A stretch of DNA of 64,000 bases from Verrucomicrobiota bacterium (lineage in GTDB: Bacteria > Verrucomicrobiota > Verrucomicrobiia > Opitutales > Cerasicoccaceae). Both the position numbers and the translations under genes were made by a program. The notes below the pieces were generated by a model. That model was not told the origin of the DNA. It saw nothing but the letters and a program-made list of their open reading frames with translations, and made no database searches. The stretch spans positions 128,001-192,000 of the forward strand of contig JBCBUK010000005.1 in assembly GCA_039818205.1 (NCBI GenBank). The letters are read 5' to 3'. Shown here one piece after another: positions 28,674 through 39,132 of this stretch. Position 1 is the stretch's first letter. Each line of letters opens with the position of its first letter.

Positions 28674-31004
28674 TTACTGGATAAAGAGAAATTGTTGGGT
28701 GTTGAGCATGGCCCAAATGACTCGTTGCCGGGCCTTCTCCGGGTCCTTCTCAAAATGAGGCACGAGGGCGGCTGTTTCTTCCGGTGTCGGTTTGCGGGCG
28801 AGGAATCCAATGTAGAGGGTTTCCAATTTTTCCTCCGGCGTTTCAGCCAGACGCGCTTCGAGCACAGGCGCAGATCGATTGGCCAACAGATAGTTCGTCT
28901 GTGGCGAATTCATGAGAAACAGCGCTTGGAGAACATTAGCCGAGTTGTCGGAGTTCTCAATGAGTTCGCGATCCGACTGGCCAAAAACTTCGAGCAGGTG
29001 ACCGTTGCGTGAGGGCGAGGTCAACTCGGATGCTCGGCGAATCTGCTTTACCCATTTCTCATCGGCTTTGCTTTGTTTCTTATTGCTGTCGCCAGTCATC
29101 GTCATCGACATCATCATGCCTCCCATCATCGCGTCCTGCCCGGATTTGTCAGCATCTTCAAACTGATTTCCATTCAGCATGCCTCGCCAAACCTTGTTGG
29201 CCTGATTGCTCACCTTTCTCGCTTCTTTGAATTCTGGAGAACTCTTTTGCTTAGGATCATTGCGCATCTCGAGCCATACCTTACGGGTTGCCTGCTGCTC
29301 CTTGTAGACGTCAGTCGTTTCTTCGACATACTTTATTAGGTCGTTCGAACTCCACTGCGTCATATGCTCGATGATACCTGGCGGGCTTCCGCTTTCGTAG
29401 ACGATTCCTCGATCACCACTCCGGTAGGAAGGAATCAAGATATTGTCGATATCGGGCGTCATCAAGGTCGCGATTGAGTCCCAAATCTGCTCGGAAGACA
29501 TGCGTTGGAAGACCGGACCTTCGAGGTTATAATCATCCGCTAAATCCGGATCATCGATAACCGCACGGCGTTGAAAATACTCAGTATTGTAGACGATCCG
29601 CTGGAACTGTTTCAGGTCGTAGTCGAGCGCCTTCATCAACTCCTCAAGGTAGGCCATCAGCTCGGGAGAATCCGCCTCGGAAGCGGCCGTTAAATTGTCA
29701 ATGGGTTCGATCAAGCCCTTACCCATCGCATGCTTCCACATGCGATTTGCGATGACGTTTGTAAAACGCTCATTGTCGGGAGAAGTCATCCAGTTTGCGT
29801 AACCGTCGACACGAGATCCAGAGTCCTTCAAATACTTTGGGTCAATATCGCCGAACAACACATGGGGGTCAACGACCTCATTGGGGTAGGCATCGTCATA
29901 CTGATAGTCGTGCGGAAGTTGGAGCTCACGGTCAGTGTGTTGAACCCGCCAGCGCAGTGGCATCAACAACTCGCGACCGGCACTCGCTTGAGATGCCGCC
30001 TGATAACCTGGATTCTTTCCGCCGTTCTCCTTGCGCGCACGCTTGTTCAACTCCTTGAACACTGCCTGCAACTCCGGTGTGTCACGGGGAACGTTGATAC
30101 CCGCCTTTAATCCATAAGTAAACGAGGCGAGTTCGAAAAAATCTTTCTGCGTCCACTGATCCGTTGGGTGATCGTGGCATTGGGCACATTGCAGCTGAGT
30201 ACCCAAAAAGATCTGAGTCGTCATAGACATGTTGTCCAATGGCATCCCAAAATCTCGCAGATAGTAAGCGGTGGCCGGATTCTCCCAGGGATAACCTTCG
30301 GCAGTGAGCAACGAGCGAACAAACTCATCGTAAGGAACATTCTCCCGAATCTGATCTTTGACCCAAGGTGCGTAATAAACGCCGCCATAGCGAGCCCCCT
30401 GCTGCCCGGTCGTTTTGACGCGCAACACATCGGCCCACAAATTGAAGTTGTGGCTAACGTAACCGGGTGAGTCGAGCAACTTGTCAATCAACTCCGATCG
30501 TTTGTTCGCGTTTGGATCATCCAAAAAATGGACGGCTTCCGCATGGGTCGGAATGCGCCCGATGATCTTGAGGTAGGCCCGACGAAGGAACGTTGCGTCG
30601 TCAACAACGGGGCTCGGCTCAACCCCTTTCTGCTGCCAGTGATCTGCGAGCAAGTGATCAATGCGCCTACTCGCATTGAAGTGCTTTTCGCTCTTGGTAA
30701 CCGGAACGACCGTTGGTTGCGCAAAGCCAGTATACTCGTCCATACTGAGACGTCCGGCTTTGACTTCGGCCTTAATGTAATTCTGGTCCTTAACGGAAAA
30801 TTCGGAAAGCGGAATACTGAACGCTTTACCATCGCCAATGCGTTTAATGACCACCGTGCCCTGGTAAATCGAGTGCAACTCGGCATCAATCGTTTTACCG
30901 TCAACGTTAGTGAAAATACGCGCTTGGCTAAGAGGCGCTATCAAGAGTGCTGCCAACGCAATTGCCCATACCTGGGAACGTGAACAGATAAAATTTAAAT
31001 CCAT
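28674..31004 (-). CDS. DUF1549/DUF1553 protein with N-terminal SHD1-like domain
   Basis: Signal peptide; RIFTNVDGKTIDAEL...FSVKDQNYI; FLRRAYLKIIGRIPT; CAQCHDHP; NRMWKHAMGKG; QALFLMN. Confidence 0.88.
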   Translation of the reverse strand: MDLNFICSRSQVWAIALAALLIAPLSQARIFTNVDGKTIDAELHSIYQGTVVIKRIGDGKAFSIPLSEFSVKDQNYIKAEVKAGRLSMDEYTGFAQPTVVPVTKSEKHFNASRRIDHLLADHWQQKGVEPSPVVDDATFLRRAYLKIIGRIPTHAEAVHFLDDPNANKRSELIDKLLDSPGYVSHNFNLWADVLRVKTTGQQGARYGGVYYAPWVKDQIRENVPYDEFVRSLLTAEGYPWENPATAYYLRDFGMPLDNMSMTTQIFLGTQLQCAQCHDHPTDQWTQKDFFELASFTYGLKAGINVPRDTPELQAVFKELNKRARKENGGKNPGYQAASQASAGRELLMPLRWRVQHTDRELQLPHDYQYDDAYPNEVVDPHVLFGDIDPKYLKDSGSRVDGYANWMTSPDNERFTNVIANRMWKHAMGKGLIEPIDNLTAASEADSPELMAYLEELMKALDYDLKQFQRIVYNTEYFQRRAVIDDPDLADDYNLEGPVFQRMSSEQIWDSIATLMTPDIDNILIPSYRSGDRGIVYESGSPPGIIEHMTQWSSNDLIKYVEETTDVYKEQQATRKVWLEMRNDPKQKSSPEFKEARKVSNQANKVWRGMLNGNQFEDADKSGQDAMMGGMMMSMTMTGDSNKKQSKADEKWVKQIRRASELTSPSRNGHLLEVFGQSDRELIENSDNSANVLQALFLMNSPQTNYLLANRSAPVLEARLAETPEEKLETLYIGFLARKPTPEETAALVPHFEKDPEKARQRVIWAMLNTQQFLFIQ

Positions 31005-31130
31005 CGCGGTGAGAGGGTTGTCCTTGGGATTACACGAACTACTAACCAGTATTAAATTACCAGAAAAAGCATATCAAATTCTCGATAATAACATCTTTGC
31101 CGATCGTCATTCACGGTCAAACAAAACCCG

Positions 31131-31144
31131 ATATCTAAAGATAG
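31131..31144. promoter_or_regulatory. Near-perfect copy of the CTATC-N4-GATAG palindrome
   Basis: ATATC-TAAA-GATAG in the divergent gap between the DUF1549 gene and phoD. Confidence 0.45.
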
Positions 31145-31213
31145 TGCCAAAGGCCGGCCGGAGTCGCAATATGTCTGTTACCATCATTAACTGGATCGAC
31201 GTTTCTAACGTCC

Positions 31214-32653
31214 TTGAAACACCGAAAACATGACAACGTTTTAAAATTCTCCCTCGTGCATCGCCTCACCTTCATCCTCGTATTGGCCACACTCGCCGCG
31301 GAAGCCAAACCTCCGATTCTCACGCCGCCGGAAACACCGATTCTCGGAGAGTTGGATCCGTACCTACTGCAAACGCTCTACAAGTCCAAAGACACGGATA
31401 CCGGTCTCGTTGAAATCATTGATGAAGAACGCTTTAATGAGTTAACCAGCAAACACGACCTGTCGCTATTCGGTGGTCCGATGCTGGGCTGCGTCAGCGA
31501 CACCAGTGCGAAATTCTGGGTCCGCACCCCAGGTTCCGCGAAGGTGCAAGTAATCGCAGGCGACCGCGTGAGCGAGACGATCGAAACTAAAGCCACGGAT
31601 GATTTCACGGGTGTCGTTGCGCTGACCGGTCTTGCTCCGCAAACGAGCTACCACTATGAAATTCTCGTCAACGGCAAGCCCGTCTTTGCCGAAGATTTAC
31701 CGTCTTTCACAACCTACCCAATGAAGCAGCAACCTGCGACTGTCTCCATTGGTTTTGGGGGCTGCGCCCGCTACAATCCACCCAGGGAACATATGTGGGA
31801 TGTCATCGCGGGCCACCAACTAGATGCTTTTCTCTTCCTCGGTGATAATGTCTACATCGACCTGCCCGAACACCGTACCAAGCAGCGGGTTCACTACTAC
31901 CGGCGCCAATTGCGCCCGGAGTTCCAACGATTCACTGCGTCGACTCCAATCTACAGTATCTACGACGACCACGATCTCGGAAAGAATGACAGCGCCGGTG
32001 GCCTCCATCCATTTGAGCCTGAGTGGAAGTATCTTTCCTGGAAAGTCTTTCGGGAAAACTGGAACAACCCAGCCTATGGCGGCGGCGAACAACAACCGGG
32101 TTGCTGGTTTGATTTCTCAATCGGAGACATTGACTTCTTCATGCTCGACGGTCGCTACTATCGATCATTCGAAAACGGGACGATGCTCGGGCCCGCTCAG
32201 TTGGAATGGTTGTTGGAGAAACTGAAGCAATCGACCGCGACGTTTAAGGTCATCGCATGCGGAACCCTTTGGACCGAGCATGCCGAAAAAAAAGGCCGCG
32301 ATTCCTGGTGGGGCGTGAAAGACGAACGTGAGAAGATATTCTCCCTGATCGAGGAGGAAGACATTGGCGGAGTCATTCTCCTGTCCTCGGATCGACATCG
32401 CAGTGATGTCTACCTCATTGAACGACCGAACGCCTACGACCTCTACGAATTCGAATCCGGGAAGCTGACCAACGAACACACACATCCGACCAGGAAAGAA
32501 GCACTATTTTCCTACAACGAAGGCAACTTCTTTGGTATGCTCACCTTTGACCTGACGAAGTCCGATCCCGAAGTCACCTTTCAATGCGTCACGATTGACG
32601 ACGAATCCGTTTACGAACTAACCCTTCAACGAAGCCAACTTGAGGCTAATTAA
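31214..32653 (+). CDS. phoD: PhoD-like alkaline phosphatase / metallophosphoesterase
   Basis: FGGC, FLGDNVY, YDDHD, MLDGRYYR, MLGPAQLEWL, LSSDRH; TTG start uncertain. Confidence 0.85.
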   Translation: MKHRKHDNVLKFSLVHRLTFILVLATLAAEAKPPILTPPETPILGELDPYLLQTLYKSKDTDTGLVEIIDEERFNELTSKHDLSLFGGPMLGCVSDTSAKFWVRTPGSAKVQVIAGDRVSETIETKATDDFTGVVALTGLAPQTSYHYEILVNGKPVFAEDLPSFTTYPMKQQPATVSIGFGGCARYNPPREHMWDVIAGHQLDAFLFLGDNVYIDLPEHRTKQRVHYYRRQLRPEFQRFTASTPIYSIYDDHDLGKNDSAGGLHPFEPEWKYLSWKVFRENWNNPAYGGGEQQPGCWFDFSIGDIDFFMLDGRYYRSFENGTMLGPAQLEWLLEKLKQSTATFKVIACGTLWTEHAEKKGRDSWWGVKDEREKIFSLIEEEDIGGVILLSSDRHRSDVYLIERPNAYDLYEFESGKLTNEHTHPTRKEALFSYNEGNFFGMLTFDLTKSDPEVTFQCVTIDDESVYELTLQRSQLEAN

Positions 32654-32668
32654 CCCACGATACACCAG

Positions 32669-34066
32669 ATGCCACCCAAGATAAATCGAACCCGAAAACT
32701 CAGACTGAATCTCCTGCTTTGGATTGCCAGTTGTTTTTGTCTCCATAGCGCCATCGCCGAGCGACCGAACGTGATCATTATCTTGGTCGACGATCTCGGA
32801 TATCGCGACCTCGGATTCACTGGTGCCACCGAATTCAAAACGCCAAACATTGACCGCCTCGCGCATGAAGGCGTCATCTTTAAGAACGGGTACGCCAGTC
32901 ACTCATTCTGCGGACCGACCCGTGCTGGATTGGTCACCGGTCGCTATCAACAGCGCTTTGGCTTCGAAACCAATCCTGCCTATGCCCCACGTGATGCCAA
33001 GTCGGGCCTTCCGAAAACCGAGACCACGATCGCCACGCGCTTGAAAGACGTTGGGTATCGCACCGGTGTCGTTGGCAAATGGCACCTTGGACATCATCCT
33101 GACTTTCACCCGCTTAATCGCGGCTTTGACTATTTCTTCGGCATGCTTGGCGGCGGACACGACTTCTGGGAGACCGATTCCACCCGGCTTAACGAAAGCT
33201 ACCTTCACCCCTTGGTCTACAACAAGGAGTTTGCCAATGTCGAAGGCTACCTGACTCACCAACTGACCGACAAAGCCATTGAGTTCATTGAGGAGAGTAA
33301 AGACGAACCCTTCTTCTTGTATTTGTCCTACAATGCGCCTCACGCCCCCTTCCATGCACCCCAGGAAACCGTTGATTCCCTCTCTCATATCGAGCACAAA
33401 TTCCGCCGAGCCTATGCGGCGATGGTAGTCGAAGTTGACCGGGATGTCGGCCGGGTTATGGACACACTCGAAGAGCTCGGGCTAACCAAAGACACATTGA
33501 TCTTCTTCCTAAGCGACAACGGTGGTCCACAGGCAGGAACGGTGACTGACAACCTACCCTTCCGCGACGGGAAAGGCGCAGTCTATGAAGGCGGCATTCA
33601 CGTTCCCTTCTTTGCCTATTGGCCGGGAACCATCAAGGGCGGCCAAGAGTTTGACTACCCGGTCATTTCGATCGACCTGGCACCGACCGCAGCTGCGCTC
33701 GCCGGTGCGGACCAAGGCAACATGGAAGGAGTAAACCTAATTCCCTACGTAACTGGTGAGGAAACCGGCGCCCCCCACGACTACATCTTCTTCCGTCGCC
33801 GCGACGGTGCCGCCTGGGCAATCATCGACAAGGATGGGCACAAACTTGCGCGCACGCATTGGGAGTCCGACAAGAAGGAATACTACAACCTCAACAATGA
33901 TCCCTCGGAAACAACGGATCTAAATAACCCTGAGCATGCGGCCACCGTCGACCGCTTGCAGGCAAAATGGGATGACTGGAACAAAGACAACATCCGCTAC
34001 CAGTTTTGGGATTTCCCAGATCACTATAAACAACAAGACCAGCTCTATCAGAGCCAGCGACAATAG
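32669..34066 (+). CDS. Sulfatase (Cys-type, S1 family)
   Basis: PNVIIILVDDLG, CGPTRAGLVTGR, GKWHLG, SDNGG. Confidence 0.95.
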   Translation: MPPKINRTRKLRLNLLLWIASCFCLHSAIAERPNVIIILVDDLGYRDLGFTGATEFKTPNIDRLAHEGVIFKNGYASHSFCGPTRAGLVTGRYQQRFGFETNPAYAPRDAKSGLPKTETTIATRLKDVGYRTGVVGKWHLGHHPDFHPLNRGFDYFFGMLGGGHDFWETDSTRLNESYLHPLVYNKEFANVEGYLTHQLTDKAIEFIEESKDEPFFLYLSYNAPHAPFHAPQETVDSLSHIEHKFRRAYAAMVVEVDRDVGRVMDTLEELGLTKDTLIFFLSDNGGPQAGTVTDNLPFRDGKGAVYEGGIHVPFFAYWPGTIKGGQEFDYPVISIDLAPTAAALAGADQGNMEGVNLIPYVTGEETGAPHDYIFFRRRDGAAWAIIDKDGHKLARTHWESDKKEYYNLNNDPSETTDLNNPEHAATVDRLQAKWDDWNKDNIRYQFWDFPDHYKQQDQLYQSQRQ

Positions 34067-34084
34067 TCTGCAAATCCTTTCAAC

Positions 34085-34118
34085 GACCTCCTCGGCAAAA
34101 CCGCGGAGGTCTTTTTTT
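34085..34118 (+). terminator. Rho-independent terminator
   Basis: GACCTCC-T-CGG CAAAA CCG-C-GGAGGTC followed by T7, just after the sulfatase stop. Confidence 0.8.
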
Positions 34119-34119
34119 G

Positions 34120-35532
34120 CTACTCTTCCTTAAGGCGCTTCCACTCCACGCGTAGCTTCTCTTCGAGTGCAGAAACGATTTCTGGATACTGATGAGCCAG
34201 GTTCTGAGTCTCACCCGGATCGTCTTTTAAGTTAAATAGTTGAACAACAATCTCCTTGTTACCCTTGCCAAAACCTAAGCCTGACACCTGCCCTTTCCGG
34301 TATTTCCAATCCCCTTCGCGAATCGCCTGGTTCCAGCCATAGAGAAAGAAATCACGCTGTTCGATCTCGTCGCCCGAGAACAACGGGCGAATGTCAATCC
34401 CATCAATCTGGCGGTCATCGGGAAGTGTTCCGCCCGCGAGCCCGACAACCGTTGGCAACAAATCAAGCGTCGCGGCCATCTCGTTGCATACAGCGTTTTC
34501 CGAAACCATGTCCGGCCACCAGAAGATCGTGGGAACCCGTTGCCCACCTTCATAGGTTGTGCCTTTGCCGCCAAATAGCTTACCCGATGAGCCACCCCGC
34601 TCCCCCATCGTAAGCCAAGGCCCATTGTCTGAGGTAAAAACGACCAGTGTGTTTTTATCCAATCCCGTGTCTCGCAACGTCTGTAAGACCTGCCCGACAG
34701 ACCAGTCCAACTCCGCAATGACGTCCCCATAAAGACCGCGTTCAGTCGTCCCCTTAAATGCAGCCGACGCATACAACGGTATGTGGGGCATCGTGTGGGC
34801 GAGCATCAGAAAGAACGGCCTTGAGGAAGCCTCACCGGATTCGGAGTGAGCTTCGATAAACGCAACGGCTTCCTCCGTATATAGTTTCGTTAACTGCGCT
34901 TGATCAACGGGCCACTGAATCACTTCATGGTCCCGCATCAACGGTGACTTTCCTTTAAAGGCTTTGCGATTCTCGGACTTCTCGACTCGGGGGCGCAGCG
35001 CATAGTAATCCTCTTTGGTGAATCCCTCCCGGATTACGGCATCCTTAGCAAGGGGGATGTCGCCATCATGTGTCATGTCATTGCTAAACGGAATGCCATA
35101 GTAGTGATCAAATCCCTGATTGGTGGGTAGAAATTTCGGCGCGTGTCCCAAGTGCCACTTACCAACTAATGCGGTGTCATAACCTACGGCTTTCAGTAGC
35201 TCTGCAATGGTCACCTCACTAGGCGGCATTCCATCCTGGCTGTGCGGCCAGTAGACGCCGCCCTTGCTTCTCCAGCGAACCGGATAACGTCCCGTCAACA
35301 AACTGGCCCTTGAAGGCGAACAGATAGATTCGCTTACGTAGAACTCCGTAAAGCGCATACCCTCGGCCGCCATCTGATCCAACTCCGGTGTTTCGTAGCC
35401 CTCGGCACCGAAGGTCCCTAAGTCTCCGTAGCCGAGGTCATCGGCAAAGATAATGATGATGTTTGGCTGCTCACCACAACTCATTGCGGCCGTCAGCAGA
35501 AAAAGGATACACGAAGCGAGGGATTTATACAT
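34120..35532 (-). CDS. Sulfatase (Cys-type, S1 family)
   Basis: PNIIIIFADDLG, CSPSRASLLTGR, GKWHLG, SDNGP. Confidence 0.95.
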   Translation of the reverse strand: MYKSLASCILFLLTAAMSCGEQPNIIIIFADDLGYGDLGTFGAEGYETPELDQMAAEGMRFTEFYVSESICSPSRASLLTGRYPVRWRSKGGVYWPHSQDGMPPSEVTIAELLKAVGYDTALVGKWHLGHAPKFLPTNQGFDHYYGIPFSNDMTHDGDIPLAKDAVIREGFTKEDYYALRPRVEKSENRKAFKGKSPLMRDHEVIQWPVDQAQLTKLYTEEAVAFIEAHSESGEASSRPFFLMLAHTMPHIPLYASAAFKGTTERGLYGDVIAELDWSVGQVLQTLRDTGLDKNTLVVFTSDNGPWLTMGERGGSSGKLFGGKGTTYEGGQRVPTIFWWPDMVSENAVCNEMAATLDLLPTVVGLAGGTLPDDRQIDGIDIRPLFSGDEIEQRDFFLYGWNQAIREGDWKYRKGQVSGLGFGKGNKEIVVQLFNLKDDPGETQNLAHQYPEIVSALEEKLRVEWKRLKEE

Positions 35533-35604
35533 AGCAAAGATCTAGGAAACGGAAAACCCTGTATGTAGTTGTTCGCCAACGAAAGGACCAACTATCTTTT
35601 GGAC

Positions 35605-35635
35605 AAAACAAAAAGCCGCCAAAAAATGGCGGCTT
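35605..35635 (-). terminator. Rho-independent terminator of the PEP-CTERM gene
   Basis: Minus strand AAGCCGCC-ATTTTTT-GGCGGCTT followed by TTTGTTTT. Confidence 0.7.
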
Positions 35636-35672
35636 CGAAATTCCAGTTAACTGAATTCTATCGTATCGAAGA

Positions 35673-36416
35673 CTACTTACGTCGACGACGGATGAATGCA
35701 ATGCCCAGGACGGTGAGACCGCCGAGCAATGCATAAGTGCTCGGCTCCGGGATAACTGTGGCAACACCCACTTGCTGAATGTCGACAACATTCGCGAAGC
35801 CTGTTTGAGAAATGCCGAGACGAACACTGGCAATTTCGGACGGATCGCCGCCGAAATCCGCGATATTTGCCGTCCAGCCGTAAAGCCCACGACCGAACAG
35901 GTCACCACCATTCGAGCGAGAGAGGTTGGCGGTTCCAAAGTTCTCGGTGAAAAGTATACTCACGTTCAACACGCTGCCTACCTGGCTACCACCACCATCA
36001 AGTGCGGTAATAGTGGTATTGTGGTCAAAAAATGTTGGGCTGATCGAACCATTGAAGATCACGAAAACATTATCGGCAGCCGACACGGACTGGCCAAAAT
36101 TGTAAACGAGAGAATCTGCAGTCGAAAGCGAACCGGTAATCGGAGAATCGTCCAGCAATGAAGCGGAGCCATCCACCGGCTGAGTTCCGGCAGTGCCCCA
36201 GGTCGTGGCCGTTGGAGCGGTTCCGGTAAGGCTCGCTACCGTGTATTGGAAATTATAGGTGTTGGATGCAGTCGAGAATCCAGTGAGGGTCACATTGTCC
36301 GTTTCAGGGCTCGCGAATGCCGGAGTGGTATCAATACCGGTGATAACCGAGACTTGGGCATGGGCGGATGAGCAAAGAATTGCTGCAGCGGTGGCAGCGT
36401 AGATAAAGTTTCTCAT
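35673..36416 (-). CDS. PEP-CTERM sorting domain protein
   Basis: Signal peptide, Thr/Ser/Gly-rich body, C-terminal IPEPSTYALLGGLTVLGIAFIRRRRK. Confidence 0.93.
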   Translation of the reverse strand: MRNFIYAATAAAILCSSAHAQVSVITGIDTTPAFASPETDNVTLTGFSTASNTYNFQYTVASLTGTAPTATTWGTAGTQPVDGSASLLDDSPITGSLSTADSLVYNFGQSVSAADNVFVIFNGSISPTFFDHNTTITALDGGGSQVGSVLNVSILFTENFGTANLSRSNGGDLFGRGLYGWTANIADFGGDPSEIASVRLGISQTGFANVVDIQQVGVATVIPEPSTYALLGGLTVLGIAFIRRRRK

Positions 36417-36617
36417 GTAAGTGTTGGGGGTTGAGTTTCCGCAATCAATATACAGAAAAACACTCAGCCATACCTAGGCATGATCGCGCAAAGATTATAC
36501 CCAATTGCGCTCTAGATGAATCGATGACCCACAATTACGCCACAGACCCACCACAAATGCGCCTCAGTTACTGCAGGTATCCGCGCTCGGAACGAAATCT
36601 AATCGCCCTCTGCTCGC

Positions 36618-37994
36618 TTATGAGCCCCAGAGGTCTTCACCATATTCCCAACCAGGCAGGGTCGGCTCCTTGATGTATCGCTCCAAATCAGGATGATTAG
36701 TGACCTCCATTTTTGCAGCGTCCCATTCAATGTTCTTACCCGTGCGAATCGCCAGACCACCCAGTAATACGACCTCAGTCAGCGGCGCTGAATAGCTGAA
36801 ATTCGAACCAGCCACTGGACCTCCCTGAACGGCTCGGAACAATTCCTGAATCGGGCCACCCTTCACGCGAGGCAACGGGCGTTTCTTCAGGATGTCTTTA
36901 TACTTGGTCATGTTCTCACGCGGCCAAAGCATGGGGCTCTTGGGTCGCATTCCCTCACAGAAAAGCGTCTCCTCGGAACCAATCATGTACATGCCATTAC
37001 CGGGAAGCTTGGTCATGCCAGGGAGTAACGGTGGGCGAGGCTTGCCCTCATACCAATGCAGCGTCACCGGAGGCTTATCACCGCGAGCCGGGAAATGATA
37101 GATCACGTGGGCGTTGAACACCGTGTAGTCATCATCCGGTTCCTCAATCAACTCAACGTCGACTGCAGTGGGCAACCCTAACTCCAAAGCCCAAAATGGT
37201 GAATCCAAGGTGTGGCATCCAATATCGCCCAACGAACCGACGCCATAGTCCCACCAACCGCGCCAACGCGTTGGTAAATACTCGTCGCTGTACTCGCGGT
37301 GAGCAACTGGACCTTGCCAGAGGTCCCAATGCAAGCCCTCCGGAATCGGTTGCCCCGGGGCTGGAACGGCACCCGGCTTAGCGAACCAGGGAAGGATCGG
37401 ACGATCTGTCCAGCAGTGGACCTCGCGAACCTCTCCCAGGATGCCGGCCTGGTACCACTCGACAATCAAGCGAGCCCCTTCGAAGGTATGCCCTTGATTA
37501 CCCATGTTCGTTTGAACGCCATACTTCTCCATCGCCTTCTGGAGGGTGCGCGTCTGCCAAATATTATGAGCGAGCGGCTTCTGAACGAAGACATTGATCC
37601 CGAGCTCCATTGCGGCCATCGCTGCGGCGAAGTGTGTATGGTCCGGGGTCGCCACGGTGACCACATCAATCTGATCGCCCATATCGTGGAGCATCTCGCG
37701 AAAATCGCTATATTTCTTCGCGTGCGGGTTCCGTGCTGCAATTTCGGCAGGGGTCGCCCATTTCCAGTCACTCGGATTCACGGCCGCCCAGTCGACGTCA
37801 CACAGTGCGACCAGATTCTGGCTGTTGTTCGCGTGGTTCACGGCGTCCATGCCCATATGGCCAATGCCAATACAGGCGACATTGAGTTTTTCGTTCGGAC
37901 TACCCGTCGCGCGGGAAACATAGGGAAAAGCAATGCTGCCGGCAGCGATAGTCGATGAGGTCTTAAGAAAAGAACGACGAGTCTGAGCTTTCAT
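36618..37994 (-). CDS. Tat-exported Gfo/Idh/MocA oxidoreductase
   Basis: TRRSFLK leader, IGIGHMG, VATPDHTH, VQKPLA, GDIGCH. Confidence 0.92.
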   Translation of the reverse strand: MKAQTRRSFLKTSSTIAAGSIAFPYVSRATGSPNEKLNVACIGIGHMGMDAVNHANNSQNLVALCDVDWAAVNPSDWKWATPAEIAARNPHAKKYSDFREMLHDMGDQIDVVTVATPDHTHFAAAMAAMELGINVFVQKPLAHNIWQTRTLQKAMEKYGVQTNMGNQGHTFEGARLIVEWYQAGILGEVREVHCWTDRPILPWFAKPGAVPAPGQPIPEGLHWDLWQGPVAHREYSDEYLPTRWRGWWDYGVGSLGDIGCHTLDSPFWALELGLPTAVDVELIEEPDDDYTVFNAHVIYHFPARGDKPPVTLHWYEGKPRPPLLPGMTKLPGNGMYMIGSEETLFCEGMRPKSPMLWPRENMTKYKDILKKRPLPRVKGGPIQELFRAVQGGPVAGSNFSYSAPLTEVVLLGGLAIRTGKNIEWDAAKMEVTNHPDLERYIKEPTLPGWEYGEDLWGS

Positions 37995-38108
37995 AGGGTT
38001 AGGTTGAGGGATTTTGTATATGATTTAATAGCGTAAAAGCATCTACTATTTGAATCGCAGGTATCCTCCAAAGCGAACCTATAATGGCGCAAATGGTATA
38101 AGATTGCG

Positions 38109-38122
38109 CTATCAAAAGATAG
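38109..38122. promoter_or_regulatory. Perfect CTATC-N4-GATAG palindrome upstream of the Gfo/Idh/MocA gene
   Basis: gCTATC-AAAA-GATAGat in the 37995-38243 intergenic gap. Confidence 0.55.
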
Positions 38123-38243
38123 ATAGAAGAGGCCTATACGAAATATGATCAGCGAAATCTTTTGACGCAAATCGCCAAAAACGAACCGCCAACTTACATT
38201 GCTTTCTAGAATCGCTTTAACCTTCCGGGCTGACTTCGAACAG

Positions 38244-39113
38244 TTAGTTTCGGTATTTCTCCAACAAAGCCTGCGTGGCCCGAACGCCTTTGATCGGTTC
38301 CATTTTCTCACCCTCATACTCGATGGCAATAATACCTGAGAATCCGGAATCCTGCACGGCTTTCATCAGCTCGGCGTAGTCCAAGTTCATCTCCTCCCCT
38401 GCTGCGTCAAAGTTGTGGGTCTTAGCAGAGACAACCTCCGTGTACGGCATCATATCAATTGTCCCCTGCACAACATCGGTGCCCTGCATTTTTCCGAAAT
38501 CGGGCATCAATCGACAATTGGGGTGGTCCAATTGATCGACTACCTGCGCCAGGAATCGACCGAGCTTGGTCCGCTTGGAAGTGCCCGGCTCAATCACGAT
38601 GATAACGTCCCTTGTCGCTGCATAGTCTGCCAACGGCCGAAGCGCCAACAGACAGCGGTGGATCGCTTCCCTCGTCGAGATAGCATCATTCGCCTTGAGA
38701 AAAACCCGCACGTAGTCAGCTCCAAGCAGGACTGCTTGGTCGACGGCAAACTGGTGGGCCAAGCCATTGGCTTTGAGTTGGACAGGCTGATCAGTCACGG
38801 CATCAACAACACCAGTCATCACCAAAAAGATTTCTGAGCCTGCAAGATCCGCGCGCTGCTTTAGCTCTTTGAAGAACTCAGAATCATTTTTCCGATCGTC
38901 AGGAAATCCACCATCCCAGACATCGATCTTCGTAATCCCAAATGTTTCTTTGGCAAACGCCGGATAATCCAGCGCGTGCAGCTCTCCTGATTGAAAAAGC
39001 TGCCGCAGCGAATACATCGACAATCCGATCTCATATTCCGCGCGCGCATTCATCGGCACACCCAGACCAATCGACAGGAGCAATACCGCAAGCAACACGC
39101 GCTTGGATTGCAT
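38244..39113 (-). CDS. Exported sugar-phosphate isomerase/epimerase (xylose isomerase-like TIM barrel)
   Basis: Signal peptide from ATG 39113; IGLSMYSLR, VIEP, PDFGK, SAK, IAIEYEG. Confidence 0.8.
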   Translation of the reverse strand: MQSKRVLLAVLLLSIGLGVPMNARAEYEIGLSMYSLRQLFQSGELHALDYPAFAKETFGITKIDVWDGGFPDDRKNDSEFFKELKQRADLAGSEIFLVMTGVVDAVTDQPVQLKANGLAHQFAVDQAVLLGADYVRVFLKANDAISTREAIHRCLLALRPLADYAATRDVIIVIEPGTSKRTKLGRFLAQVVDQLDHPNCRLMPDFGKMQGTDVVQGTIDMMPYTEVVSAKTHNFDAAGEEMNLDYAELMKAVQDSGFSGIIAIEYEGEKMEPIKGVRATQALLEKYRN

Positions 39114-39132
39114 AAGACCTGAGCAAGTCCCG

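Noticed and set aside
37991..38329. 112-aa minus-strand ORF and the many other short alternative-frame ORFs in the track
   Set aside because: They overlap well-supported genes or promoter regions and lack protein-like motifs.
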